Below, in pieces: positions 30,366 through 41,600 of a stretch of DNA of 64,000 nucleotides. The notes beneath the pieces were generated by a model, which was given only the letters and a program-made list of their open reading frames with translations, searched no databases and was not told the origin of the DNA. Where the stretch lies: contig CBDCLE010000024.1 in the NCBI GenBank assembly GCA_965218585.1, forward strand, positions 32,001 through 96,000, in the 5' to 3' direction. The DNA comes from Terriglobia bacterium. GTDB lineage: Bacteria > Acidobacteriota > Terriglobia > 20CM-2-55-15. The number at the start of each line of letters is the position of its first letter. Position 1 is the first letter of the stretch. The position numbers were made by a program, and so were the translations under genes.

Positions 30366-31693
30366 TCACCTCAACGTTTGCGGAAATCGCGTTCCCAGGG
30401 CGAATTCCAACCGAGACAAAGCCTTCATGTAGTCGGATTCGAAGCGGGCCTCGGCCAAGCGGATATCCAGAAGCACGCGTTCGCTATCAAGAAGATCGAG
30501 CGCGTCCGTCAATCCTGTTTCGTAAGCTGTCTCAACCGATCGTAGCGCGCTGTCGGCTTGTGGAATCAATACACGTCGTAGAGGTCCAGCTGCCTTGTCA
30601 GCGTTTCGATCCGGTTTGCCTGGGTTCGAATTTCAAACCGCATTTCGTCTGCGATAGCGTCATAACGGTCCCGGCCGGCCACCACCCGTTCGCCGGCGGC
30701 CAATTCTGCCGTGCGGTACTTGTCGCGGCGGATCGGAATGTTGATTCCAACTGAAAAGTTGTAAATGTTCTTGCCGTTGTCAGGAGGCGGGAGCGCTCGA
30801 CCTGCCCGATCCTCTCGTCCATCGACGTTGATGAGACCTGCACTGAACGTGAGATCCGGCCAATAGCTTTTTCGCGACAACTCCACGCCGAGTTCGTTCT
30901 GTTCGATTTCATCCAGAGCGGCGCGAAGTTCAGGACGATTCGCTTCCCCGACTGCATACAAGCTCTGAAGGTCCAGCATGAGTACCGGCAGTTCGACCGG
31001 TTCCACAGGCGAAATCGGTTCTTCCGGGCGACCGCCTCTAAGTGTGTTCAATCGCGATACGGCGTCATCGCGTTGCTCGGAGAGAATTTCCATCCGATTG
31101 ATGACCCGAGTGATCTCGGTCTGGACCTTGATGACTTCGTGCTGTAATCCCCCTCCGGTGGCGTAGCGGGTTTGGGCCAACAGCTCGTAGTACTCCAGGA
31201 CGAGTTGTTCCTCGCGCGCGATCTCGATGGAACGGTCCACGTAGGCGAGCTCGTAGAAGGAGTCCTTGACTCTTTCTGCTATCTGCCGTTCATACGCTCG
31301 ATACTGCTCGTATTTTGCCGAGGCTTCGCGGACGGCCACTTTTTCCTGAAGATCCAGCGTTCCGAACCACGGGAACCGCTGGCTTACAGTGAGGCTTTGT
31401 GTCTGGGGTCCCACTCTCGTTTCCGGGCTTCGGATGAACTGAGTGAAGGTCATCATCGGATCCGGCAGTGCCGTGACCTGTGGAATCTTCTGGATTGAAG
31501 CCCGATACTCGGACAGCATGACTCGGGACTGCGGGTTTCCCTCGATCGCTTCCCGGATGAAATCTTCGAGTTGCGGATCTGAAACCCAATAGTCGAGATC
31601 CTCGTCGTCTCCCAACTCCTGGACTGCGAGAGTCGGGGCCGACAGCGACAGGAGGATCGGCAGGATCCATCCTGTGATCCGAAGTTTGATCAT
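30366..31693 (-). pseudogene. TolC/CusC-type outer membrane factor with a 1-bp frameshift near 30572
   Basis: ALPDPMM, SQRFPWFG, OEP repeats; the C-terminus LIPQADSALRSVETAYETG continues in a shifted frame (30366..30569). Confidence 0.85.
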
Positions 31694-31803
31694 CAAAACC
31701 TCTTTGACGGCAGTTTTCGTTGCCCACGAACTCACTCTGTACGTTGAGTGCGTGAACGTAGAGATACCAAGGTGGCCGCTTCAGCGGACGTTAGGGTGAA
31801 GAA

Positions 31804-32145
31804 TCAGATCAACAGAACGCAGATCTGGTGGGTCAGGGGCTGTCTTCCGGGAGGCCTCTGGAGGACTTCTCCCGAAGTTGGCCCGAGGACGATCGGTGAG
31901 GCTGCCCGGGTTTCCTCCCAGGAAACAGCCGCGTATGTATTCTGTGTCGGGACCGTTAACTGAAGGGACTCAACCGGGGCCGCCTGCGCGAGACAGCATT
32001 CGGGGACGGGTTCATCCCCTTCGTCAACAGGTGTGCAGTGATCAGCCGGCATGGCCTGTGCACTCACTGGCAAACAGCACTCGCCAATCGCCGCAGTCAC
32101 CAGTCCCAGCGAGACGACCGATGCCAATAGGATTGATTTCCTCAT
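31804..32145 (-). CDS. Small Cys-containing exported protein heading the cus operon
   Basis: ECC...HC...ECC and a PP..L...CVLLI tail, as often found upstream of metal RND operons. Confidence 0.6.
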   Translation of the reverse strand: MRKSILLASVVSLGLVTAAIGECCLPVSAQAMPADHCTPVDEGDEPVPECCLAQAAPVESLQLTVPTQNTYAAVSWEETRAASPIVLGPTSGEVLQRPPGRQPLTHQICVLLI

Positions 32146-32324
32146 GGTCCTGTACTTAGACGCTACTATAGTTTCAGCCCGTCAATCAACTTTCTTGCAC
32201 TTCGAATCCAGGCCTTGCTGGCCGCGGTCGCCTTCCGGCAATCAGGTGTTGATGCCATGGGCGTTGATAGGCGCGTTGATTTACGTTCCCGACGTACGAT
32301 ATAAACATTCGGCGAGTTGCGCTT

Positions 32325-33770
32325 ATGCTCCTGCATATCAACCATTTCCGGAAAGGTCGGGCCAGTGTCGCAAGCGACGTCGTGTCGACGCTGCTCTCCC
32401 TGTTTGAAGACGAGCAACTCGACAGAAAAATCCTGCCGCATTTGAACGTTCATCTGGACTGGGTCCAGTACAAGAACAACTTCCGAGAAGCAGTCGACCT
32501 TCGGAAAGCGGTGCGTGACGGGCAGGATCTGCCGCTCGTCGAACTCGTCATTGACGAGCGTCAGGTCTGCAAGGACACCTTGAGAGCAGACATGACCAGA
32601 GTTCTCGGCGAGGTTCGGTCCGATCCCGTAGAGGATGGCCGGCACGTCGCCCTCGAAACCTTTGGTCCGGGACGAGAGAGTATCATCTGGAATTTCGACA
32701 TGTTGTACTGGCACTACCTCGCCCAGTGGGAACAATTTTCAGGTCGGGAATATGAGAAGGCGCTACCGTCCGGGTCATCAGACGGTCACAACCCGGTTGC
32801 CATCAAGGACTCCGTGGATGAATTCTGGAAACTGCTCCAGGATATGGAGAGTAAGAATCAGCTTCCTGAGGAGTTCTTCGTCATGGAAATCGGTGTGGGT
32901 ACCGCCTCTCGCGCACACCAGTGGCTCGACCTTTTAAAAGAGTTGGATGAAGAACGGGGCAGTCAGTACTATCCAAAAATCCGCTTCCTGCTTGCCGATT
33001 ACGCTATGGCGACTCTGGATCGAGCTCGGGAGAAGCTCAAGGACCATAGCGAGGTCACTAGCTTCATTGTCGTTGACGCTATCGACCCCTTCAAATCGCT
33101 TTCGTTCCTCCGCTACAAGGTGCTGTATATCCACCTGACGAATGTCTACGACAACCTGCAGACAGACGAGATCGTTCTCAGGGATGGCCGCTATTTTTTT
33201 GTAGAAGTCCGGGCCTACATCAAGGCCTCAGCGGTTGAAGCGATTTCGGGCAAATACGGAGTGGGATCAGGCGATCTGGTCAGAACAGTCAATCGTCTGT
33301 TAGACGTGGGGCCGGATCATTTTTCCGAAGTCGATGACGGCGCTGCTTTCTGGCAGGAGGTTTGGGCTGCTGTTCACCTTGAGGAAAGACTTGTCGCGGT
33401 TGACAGCCTTTCGGAAGCTCAATTACCGTCAGGTATGAGGGCGTCGCATCTGGAGGAGCTTGTCGGGGATGGATCGACGAACATTCGGTTCCACCTGAGT
33501 TCGGGTGCGGTTGAGAGTTTCGCCAATACGATTCCTCTCTTACATCCGCAGGGTTACCTGCAGGTGCAGGACATCTTTGTCACCGATTTGGCCGACTATC
33601 TCCAGGGTTTTCGAGGGCCCGGGAAGATGGACGGTTCCATCGTCAATTGGGTCAACGGGGCGCTGCTGGCCGAGGTCGGAGAGCAGGCCGGATACGACGT
33701 CCACTTTGCGCCTTTCCGTTACAGAGAAGGTTCGAGGACGTCGATTCTCTACACGACTCAAAGGGAGTAG
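32325..33770 (+). CDS. SAM-dependent methyltransferase-fold protein (MidA/NDUFAF7-like) of unknown function
   Basis: VMEIGVGTA motif I, FLLADYA, HLTNVYDNL, GYLQVQD; 29 nt upstream of the core MetE gene. Confidence 0.65.
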   Translation: MLLHINHFRKGRASVASDVVSTLLSLFEDEQLDRKILPHLNVHLDWVQYKNNFREAVDLRKAVRDGQDLPLVELVIDERQVCKDTLRADMTRVLGEVRSDPVEDGRHVALETFGPGRESIIWNFDMLYWHYLAQWEQFSGREYEKALPSGSSDGHNPVAIKDSVDEFWKLLQDMESKNQLPEEFFVMEIGVGTASRAHQWLDLLKELDEERGSQYYPKIRFLLADYAMATLDRAREKLKDHSEVTSFIVVDAIDPFKSLSFLRYKVLYIHLTNVYDNLQTDEIVLRDGRYFFVEVRAYIKASAVEAISGKYGVGSGDLVRTVNRLLDVGPDHFSEVDDGAAFWQEVWAAVHLEERLVAVDSLSEAQLPSGMRASHLEELVGDGSTNIRFHLSSGAVESFANTIPLLHPQGYLQVQDIFVTDLADYLQGFRGPGKMDGSIVNWVNGALLAEVGEQAGYDVHFAPFRYREGSRTSILYTTQRE

Positions 33771-33799
33771 TGGCTCCTGTCGGCTACTAATACGGAATA

Positions 33800-34801
33800 A
33801 TGAAATTACCAATCTTACCCACAGCAGTTGTCGGAAGCTATTCAATGCCCGGTTGGCTGGAACGACTCAAGACCGAATACTCTCTCCGGAAGATCAGTCG
33901 TCAGGAGCTGGACGAAATCCATGATGCGGCTCTTAAGGCGGCTATCAAGGATCAGGAGAATGCCGGAGTCGACATCATCAGTGATGGGGAACTCCGACGG
34001 GACAACATGATCGACTATTTCGCCGAGCGCCTGCCCGGCGTGCAGATCGACCATGCTTCAAAGAAGTTTTATTACGACTACTACGACAGTGTCGTCAGGG
34101 GAAAGATCCCCGTGTCGTCCCTTGGCCTGGTCGATGACTTCAAGTTCCTGGCCGCCAATACAGTTCGGGAAACGAAGTTCTGTGTCACCGGTCCACATTC
34201 ATTAGTGAAACGCATTCGCAACGAGTATTACCCAAGCGAAGAAGAGTTCGCCCTCGATCTGGCCCGCGTAATGAATCTCGAATTGAAGGAGTTGGCGAAG
34301 GCCGGAGCTAAGCGTATTCAGGTTGATGAGCCGTACTATTCTGGCTTTCCGACTGATCTGACGTGGGGCGTTAAGGCGTTGAACACTCTGGTCGACGGTG
34401 TGGACGCCGAGATCGGGTTGCACATCTGCTATGGCAACCGGTATGGGAAGCCTTCGTGGGCGGGAAACTACCGATACCTGTTCCCGACGATTCTCGAAGC
34501 CCAGGTGCATGAACTCACGTTGGAATTCGCCTGGCGAGGTGGCGAAGACCTGGAGCTCTTCCAGGAATTTCCGAATTCGTTCAGACTGGGTGTTGGTGTC
34601 ATCGATGTGAAGAGTGACGCGCCAGAAACCCCGGACATTGTCGCTGAGCGCATCCGACATGCGCTCAAGTTTGTGCCAGCGGAAAGGGCCGTTGTCCTTC
34701 CTGATTGCGGCTGCCACCATCTGGCGCAGCCTGTCGCGTTTGCCAAGCTTCGCGCCATGGTCGAGGGGGCCGAGATCGTCCGACGATCGCTGGAAGGCTG
34801 A
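33800..34801 (+). CDS. Cobalamin-independent methionine synthase II family (single-barrel core MetE)
   Basis: PTAVVGSY, DIISDGELRR, IQVDEP; Zn ligands HICYGN, LEFA, PDCG; only 333 aa. Confidence 0.88.
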   Translation: MKLPILPTAVVGSYSMPGWLERLKTEYSLRKISRQELDEIHDAALKAAIKDQENAGVDIISDGELRRDNMIDYFAERLPGVQIDHASKKFYYDYYDSVVRGKIPVSSLGLVDDFKFLAANTVRETKFCVTGPHSLVKRIRNEYYPSEEEFALDLARVMNLELKELAKAGAKRIQVDEPYYSGFPTDLTWGVKALNTLVDGVDAEIGLHICYGNRYGKPSWAGNYRYLFPTILEAQVHELTLEFAWRGGEDLELFQEFPNSFRLGVGVIDVKSDAPETPDIVAERIRHALKFVPAERAVVLPDCGCHHLAQPVAFAKLRAMVEGAEIVRRSLEG

Positions 34802-34933
34802 TTCGCTTTCAACGAATCGGCTACGCAAAGTTTTCGCCAAAGCTCCCATTTTTTCCTGCACGCACACAGACTCTGCTCCCAGTTTCATTGGTATAATTGC
34901 GACACCCTTTCCTTTCCATAGGAAACGCCTCGC

Positions 34934-35395
34934 ATGCCTCAGAAAAAGAAAAATATTACCCTCCAACTGTTCTATGAAGAGTTTCAAAGCCGCATGGGTG
35001 CGCTTGAAAGCGGTATGGGTGGGGTTGAAGGCCGTATGGGTGGCCTGGAAAACGAAATGACCGGTCTCAAAGACGAAATGAGTGGGCTCGATGGCCGAAT
35101 GGGCAGCCTCGAATCCTCCCAGCGCTCGGTTCTGGCCCAGCTGGCGACGATCAACAGGCGCCTGGTATCGCTTGAAGAGATTACGTCGCGTCTGGGCGAT
35201 CGTCTCGATACGCTCCATAGCCTGTGTGAGGGTCTGGGCAAGGGATTTGAGAACCTTACAGATGAGTACCATGCGATTACCGCCGGCTTGAAGCGGCTCG
35301 AAGAGCGGTTCGACCAGTTTGAAGCGGACCGGATTACCGAACGTATCGCGTCTCTTGAACGTAAGGTCGAAGCTCTGGAACGAGGCCGGAATTAG
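34934..35395 (+). CDS. Coiled-coil heptad-repeat hypothetical protein
   Basis: RMGALES-GMGGVEG-RMGGLEN-EMTGLKD-EMSGLDG-RMGSLES heptads. Confidence 0.65.
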   Translation: MPQKKKNITLQLFYEEFQSRMGALESGMGGVEGRMGGLENEMTGLKDEMSGLDGRMGSLESSQRSVLAQLATINRRLVSLEEITSRLGDRLDTLHSLCEGLGKGFENLTDEYHAITAGLKRLEERFDQFEADRITERIASLERKVEALERGRN

Positions 35396-35428
35396 CCACA
35401 CCGATAGGGTCCTTCGTAATAGCTCTTC

Positions 35429-36400
35429 CTACCTAAGAAACGCCACGACAAGCGCCAGCGTAATCAGCGAGGCTGCCGTGGAAAGGACGACGGTGGCGCC
35501 GACCGTGGAGGAGAGTATCTCGGAGTCCTCGGCGAAGAGGTATGCGTTGACGCCGGTTGGCTGAGCTGCGACAAGGACACCAACCCCGGCCCAAAGAGGG
35601 CTGAGATCGAAGACGAGAAAAGCGAGGACGAACACGGCCAGCGGATGAACGATGTTCTTGAGGAGGACCAGACTGAGAGCTTCTCGCAATTCGCCACGAA
35701 GCGAATAGCGCGAAAGGGAAGCCCCGAGAGTGAAAAGGGCACACCCGGGGGCTGCAGAACTCAGCATCTCTGCAATTGAGTTAAAGGGTTCGACGATACC
35801 GAGACCCGCCAGGTTAATCGTGAGTCCTAGGAGCAGTCCCAAGATCACGGGGTTCGCGGCGTGGGTTTTGAGAACTGAAACGAGGAGACCACCCGGCCCT
35901 TGGTTCATTCCGCCCGCGATGCCTTCAATGGATTTTGCCAGGAAAAACAGAACAGCCGCGTTACAGGAAAGAATCATGTACATCGGCAGTTCGCCCGCCT
36001 CGCCATAGACCAGAAGCACGATAGGAATCCCCATAACAACTATGTTGGAGTAAGAGGACCCCAGGCCAAAGACAGACAGTTTTTCCAAAGGATGGCCGAA
36101 GAACAACCCTCCGATCCCCGCACCGGCGCCGTAGGCAACGAGGGTGCCGCCGTAGTATGCACCCATCAGTGGCCACTCAATGACTTCAGAGAAAGAGACG
36201 TTTGCCATGGCCTGAACCAGCATGACGGGTATGGCGATTCGGAATGTGAAGCGGGAGAGTCCACGGATTCCTTCTTTATCGATCACCCGGATCCATCCAA
36301 CGAGGTAACGCACAAGAATGAGTCCGAAAACGGGAGAGGACGATTGTATGAGATTTCCCAAAGTACCTTTCTTGCGCCACGGGGTTTTTCCCGGCCTCAA
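35429..36400 (-). CDS. AEC (auxin efflux carrier) family transporter; start uncertain
   Basis: PVFGLIL, SNIVVMGIP, NPVILG, LFTLG, AAQPTGVNAY, VVLST. Confidence 0.85.
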   Translation of the reverse strand: MRPGKTPWRKKGTLGNLIQSSSPVFGLILVRYLVGWIRVIDKEGIRGLSRFTFRIAIPVMLVQAMANVSFSEVIEWPLMGAYYGGTLVAYGAGAGIGGLFFGHPLEKLSVFGLGSSYSNIVVMGIPIVLLVYGEAGELPMYMILSCNAAVLFFLAKSIEGIAGGMNQGPGGLLVSVLKTHAANPVILGLLLGLTINLAGLGIVEPFNSIAEMLSSAAPGCALFTLGASLSRYSLRGELREALSLVLLKNIVHPLAVFVLAFLVFDLSPLWAGVGVLVAAQPTGVNAYLFAEDSEILSSTVGATVVLSTAASLITLALVVAFLR

Positions 36401-36611
36401 AGATCTCGCGCAGGATAGCGCATACGGCTGCGGTCACGCCATCGTCCGGTCGAGGGGCGAGTATGTGGTCGCGAGTGCAAGTTTCAGCGAATAAATGATC
36501 CAGTCGGACTTAAATCAGCTAAATACATTAATTACTCTTTTAGTGGGTGCCGATTCAAGGAGTATTAAGTTATCAGTGAACTATTTTTCAGATCTTTAGG
36601 CTTGATTAAAC

Positions 36612-36631
36612 ATATAAAGATATATTTATAT
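36612..36631. promoter_or_regulatory. SahR operator (20-bp palindrome)
   Basis: ATATAAAGATATATTTATAT, 18/20 self-complementary, 7 nt before the sahR ATG; resembles the proteobacterial SahR motif as I recall it. Confidence 0.75.
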
Positions 36632-36638
36632 AGACTCT

Positions 36639-37661
36639 ATGGTTTTAGCGTCCGATCTTCCCCTGTTGAGTGCCGTGCATCACTTGCGAGCGATCGCCGA
36701 ACCTACACGTCTGCGATTGATCCATCTTCTGGCGCACGGAGAATTGACCGTTACTGAGATCTGCCAGGTACTGGGCCAGAGCCAACCCCGAGTCAGCCGA
36801 CATCTGAAACTGCTCTTGGACGGTGGCTTTGTAACGCGATTTCCAGAAGGTGCGTGGGTTTTTTACCGTCTGGCCGACGGCAGGGAACGAGGGGCTCCCG
36901 GGGATCTGGCGAGCATGCTCATCGAAAGGCTCGACGAAAGGGATCCTGTGATTGCGGGCGACCTGGAACGATTGACAGAGGTCAAAGCTGTCCGTGCCGG
37001 GGAAGCTGCCGCTTACTTTGAAGCCCATGCGGGGGAATGGATCCGGGTCCGCGCTCTCTATCAGCCCGTAGCCGAAGTCGAGACTGCCATGCTCGACCTT
37101 CTCGGGTCCGAGCCGATCGAATTTCTGGTCGACTTCGGAACCGGTACGGGACGCGTCCTGGAACTTCTCAGTGGTCTGTATCAACGCGCCGTAGGGTTCG
37201 ATACAAATCACGCGATGCTCGGTGCGGCCCGTGTGAATCTGGATCAAGCTCGGATACGCCATGCGCATGTCCAGCACGGAAACCTCCTTTCTCTGCCACG
37301 TGTGTTAGATGTGCCCGACGCTGTTGTCATCCATCAGGTTCTGCACTACCTCGACAATCCCGCGGCAGCTGTTCTTTCCGCTGGAAGGCTCCTGCAGCCC
37401 GGTGGCCGACTCCTGATCGTCGATTTTGCACCGCACCAGCTTGAATTCTTGCGTACCGATCACGCTCACCGCCGATTGGGCTTTTCTGATGACGAGGTTT
37501 TCGAGTGGTGCCGGGCCGCGGGCCTTGAAGCAAAAGAAGTACGTCAGGTGAGGCCGCTGCCTGAGAAGTCCGGTGAGGTGGCGTCACCTGCCGTCTCGTT
37601 GTGGCTTGCCACAAAATCGATGCACGCACATTCGTTCGATGATCTGGAGAGGGCCGGATGA
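36639..37661 (+). CDS. sahR: ArsR-HTH + methyltransferase regulator of the SAM cycle
   Basis: EPTRLRLI...QSQPRVSRHLKLL...EGAWVFY; DFGTGTG, HQVLHY, DFAPHQLEFLR..HAHRRLGF; precedes metF-metH. Confidence 0.85.
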   Translation: MVLASDLPLLSAVHHLRAIAEPTRLRLIHLLAHGELTVTEICQVLGQSQPRVSRHLKLLLDGGFVTRFPEGAWVFYRLADGRERGAPGDLASMLIERLDERDPVIAGDLERLTEVKAVRAGEAAAYFEAHAGEWIRVRALYQPVAEVETAMLDLLGSEPIEFLVDFGTGTGRVLELLSGLYQRAVGFDTNHAMLGAARVNLDQARIRHAHVQHGNLLSLPRVLDVPDAVVIHQVLHYLDNPAAAVLSAGRLLQPGGRLLIVDFAPHQLEFLRTDHAHRRLGFSDDEVFEWCRAAGLEAKEVRQVRPLPEKSGEVASPAVSLWLATKSMHAHSFDDLERAG

Positions 37662-38632
37662 GCCGGGTTCATGCCGATACCGCCTCCCCGCCCCGCGTGT
37701 CGTTTGAGTTTTTCCCTCCCAAAACGCCCCAGATGAAAACTAACCTTTGGCATTCGGTTCAGCGACTCGAGCCACTCGGGCCTTCGTTTGTTTCGGTGAC
37801 TTACGGTGCCGGGGGGAGTACCCGGGAACGGACCCACGACACGGTGAAGCGGATCGTTCGGGAAACCTCATTGGATGTTGCCGGACACCTGACATGCGTG
37901 GCCGCTTCGCGAGAGGAAGTAAATGCGGTAGCCCAGGATTACTGGGACGTCGGTGTGCGACACATCGTGGCCCTCCGTGGCGATCCACCGGCCGGAGCGG
38001 GCAACACGTATGAACCCCATCCGGAAGGCTACGCCACGAGTGCCGACCTGGTCGCGGGCATCAAACAGTGCGCAGCTTTCGAGGTCAGCGTTGGTTGCTA
38101 CCCTGAAGTCCATCCCGAAGCAACCAGCCCTCAGGTCGACCTGGATGTGCTCAAACGCAAAGTGGATGCGGGTGCCGACCGCGCAATCACGCAGTTCTTC
38201 TTCGATCCGGAAATTTTCTTGCGGTTTCTGGACAGGGTCCGAGCCGCAGGCATCACGATCCCCGTTGTCCCGGGTGTAATGCCGATCGCAAACTTCAAGA
38301 ACATCCAAAAGTTCGCTGCTAAGGTCGGAACGCACATCCCGAAACGGTTGACTCAAGTGTTCGAGGGTCTCGACGATGAGCCGACAACCCAACCGCTGGT
38401 GGCTGCCAGCTGCGCCGCCGAGCTCTGCCTCGATCTTCGCGAACAGGGCGTCGATGATTTCCATTTCTATACTCTGAACCGGCCCGAACTGACTGCCGCA
38501 ACATGTCGAATCCTTGGTATTAAAGCCGCCGCCGCTAGTATCAAGGCCGCCGGCCCCGGTGTTAAGGCCGCTGGCCCGGAAGTCAAGCCCGCCGCCGACG
38601 GGTCAGTTCCGACCCAGGCCCAGGAATCATGA
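37658..38632 (+). CDS. metF: Methylenetetrahydrofolate reductase
   Basis: [45 protein letters not shown]. Confidence 0.95.
   Translation: MSRVHADTASPPRVSFEFFPPKTPQMKTNLWHSVQRLEPLGPSFVSVTYGAGGSTRERTHDTVKRIVRETSLDVAGHLTCVAASREEVNAVAQDYWDVGVRHIVALRGDPPAGAGNTYEPHPEGYATSADLVAGIKQCAAFEVSVGCYPEVHPEATSPQVDLDVLKRKVDAGADRAITQFFFDPEIFLRFLDRVRAAGITIPVVPGVMPIANFKNIQKFAAKVGTHIPKRLTQVFEGLDDEPTTQPLVAASCAAELCLDLREQGVDDFHFYTLNRPELTAATCRILGIKAAAASIKAAGPGVKAAGPEVKPAADGSVPTQAQES
38518..38597 (+). repeat. About four imperfect 21-nt tandem repeats in the metF 3' end
   Basis: Encodes [28 protein letters not shown]. Confidence 0.7.
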
Positions 38633-41600
38633 CGCACAGCGAGCGCGTCGTACTGCTTCACAGGGAGGCTGCTTCGCGCATCCTGGTCCTTGACGGTGCG
38701 ATGGGGACGATGATTCAGCAGCACAAGCTGACTGAGGCAGATTTCCGTGGCGATCGCTTCGGCGAGCACGGTAAGGACATATGCGGTAATAACGATATCG
38801 TCGCCCTGTCTCAGCCCGAACTGTTGCGCGAAATCCATACCGAGTACTTCAGGGCCGGTGCCGACATCGGCAAGACGAATACCTTCAACGCGAACCCGAT
38901 ATCCCAATCGGATTACGGCATGGTGGATCTGGTGTATGAGCTCAACCATGCCGCCGCCACGATTGCCAGGGAAGCTGCATACGAGATAGAGGTCGAAGAC
39001 GGCCGTCCCCGTTTTGTCGCGGGTGTGATGGGGCCGACGAACCGGACAGCCTCGATGTCTCCAGATGTTCGTGATCCTGGATTTAGGAACGTCACCTTCC
39101 AAGATTTGCGGGAGGCATATGGCGCTCAGGCACGCGCACTTGTGGATGGGGATGTCGACATCCTGCTGTTGGAGACAATTTTCGATACGCTCAATGCCAA
39201 GGCCGCCTTGTTTGCAATCGACGAGCTTTTCGAGGAACTGGGCACGACCTTGCCGGTCATGATTTCGGGAACGATCACGGACCGGTCGGGCCGGATCCTC
39301 TCCGGGCAGACAGTCGAAGGTTTTTGGAACTCCGTGCGTCACGTTGAGCCGTTTTCAATCGGTCTCAACTGCGCCCTCGGGGCCAAAGAACTCCGCCAAT
39401 ACGTCGAAGAGTTGTCTGAGTTGGCCGATTGTCTGGTCAGTGCCCATCCGAACCTGGGTCTACCCAATGAACTGGGTGGTTACGACGAACCTCCTGAAAC
39501 GATGGCAGCTCTGGTCAGCGAATTTGCGGATTCCGGTCTCGCCAACATCGTCGGAGGATGTTGCGGAACGACCCCGGGCCACATCGCCCAGGTCGCAAGA
39601 GCAGTTGCCGGCGTCACGCCGCGTGTGCCTACGGCACCGAAGAACATGTTGCGTCTTTCCGGTCTCGAACCCCTCAACCATGATCCCGATCGAGCCGCTG
39701 AACGGACTGCGACGTTCATCAACATCGGGGAGCGCGCGAACGTCACCGGTTCGGCGAAGTTCAGAAAGCTTATTGAGGCCGACGATTTTGAAGCAGCTCT
39801 GGAGGTGGCCCGCCAGCAGGTTCAGAACGGAGCCCAGATCATCGATGTCAACATGGATGAAGGCATGCTCGATTCGGAGGCGGTCATGGTGAGGTTTCTC
39901 AATCTCATCGCCGGTGAACCGGACATCGCTCGGGTTCCGGTCATGATCGACTCGTCAAAATGGTCGGTTATCGAAGCCGGACTCCGAGCCGTACAGGGTA
40001 AGGCGATCGTAAACTCGATCAGCCTCAAGGAAGGCGAAGCGCCGTTCCTTCGGCAGGCGCGGCTGGCGAAGCGTTACGGAGCCGCCGTAGTCGTGATGGC
40101 GTTCGACGAAAACGGCCAGGCCGGCTCGGCGGACGGTAAGGTCGAGATCTGCACCCGTTCCTACAAGCTGCTGACCGAGGAAGTCGGCATACCTCCTGAA
40201 GACATCATTTTCGATCCGAACATCTTTGCGGTGGCGACGGGAATCGAGGAACACAACGAATACGCGATTGCTTATATCGAAGCGGCCCGCCGTATCAAAG
40301 CGACGTTGCCACATGCTCATGTTTCAGGTGGTCTTTCGAACCTCTCGTTTTCCTTCCGTGGCAATAACCGGGTCCGCGAAGCCATGCATTCGGTGTTTCT
40401 CTATTACGCGATTGATGCAGGCATGGACATGGGGATCGTCAATGCCGGCCAGTTGGGGATCTATGAGGACCTCGACCCCGAACTTCGGGAGCAGATCGAA
40501 GACGTCATTCTGAACCGAAAGCCGGACGCCACTGATCGACTCGTCGAAAGTGCCGAAAGTTTGAAGGGGCAGGCGAGCGCGGATACCGGTCCGGATCTTG
40601 CCTGGCGCGACCAGCTCGTCGAAGCGCGCATCGAACACGCCCTTGTCCACGGGATCGCCGAGTTCGTTGTCGAAGACACCGAGGAAGCTCGAAAGGAAAT
40701 AGGCAGCCCCCTGGAAGTCCTGGAAGGTCCGTTGATGGACGGTATGAACACGGTCGGCGATCTCTTTGGCGCAGGAAAAATGTTTCTTCCCCAGGTCGTC
40801 AAGAGCGCGCGCGTGATGAAAAAAGCCGTTGCCCATCTGGTCCCTTTCATGGAGCAGGAAAAACTGGAAAAGGGGGACACATCGGAAACGGCGGGACGCA
40901 TCGTGCTGGCCACGGTCAAGGGAGATGTTCACGACATCGGCAAGAACATCGTCGGCGTCGTCCTTCAGTGCAACAACTTCGAAGTTGTGGATCTGGGTGC
41001 GATGGTTCCGGCCGCGGAGATTCTCGAAACAGCACGCGATGTTGGGGCGGACCTGATAGGCCTGTCCGGTTTGATTACTCCGAGTTTGGAGGAGATGGGT
41101 CATGTCGCTGCGGAAATGGAAAGGCAAGGTTTTGACATTCCGCTGCTGATCGGTGGTGCGACAACCAGTCGCCTCCACACGGCCGTTAAAATCAGTCCGA
41201 ATTATTCAAAGGGCCCGACGATTCACGTGTCCGACGCCTCGCGGGCTGTGGGAGCCGTCCAGAACCTGGTGTCCCCCGAGCAGCGCGGCCGATACCTCGG
41301 TGAAGTCAGCGAGGAGTACAGCCGGATCCGGGATCAACACTACGCGAAAGACGCGGGGCAGGGCACTCTGACTCTGGCCCAGGCACGAGCCAACGGGTTG
41401 CACGCCGATTGGTCCGGATACACCCCGCCGCGCCCCCGCTTCACGGGACTCAAGGACTTTCCAGACTACGACCTCAAGGAACTGGTCGACTACATCGACT
41501 GGGGACCGTTCTTCCACGCCTGGGAATTGTCGGGACGTTACCCCGAGATCTTGAAGGACCCGAAGAAAGGAAAAGCGGCCCATGCGCTGTTCGACGATGC

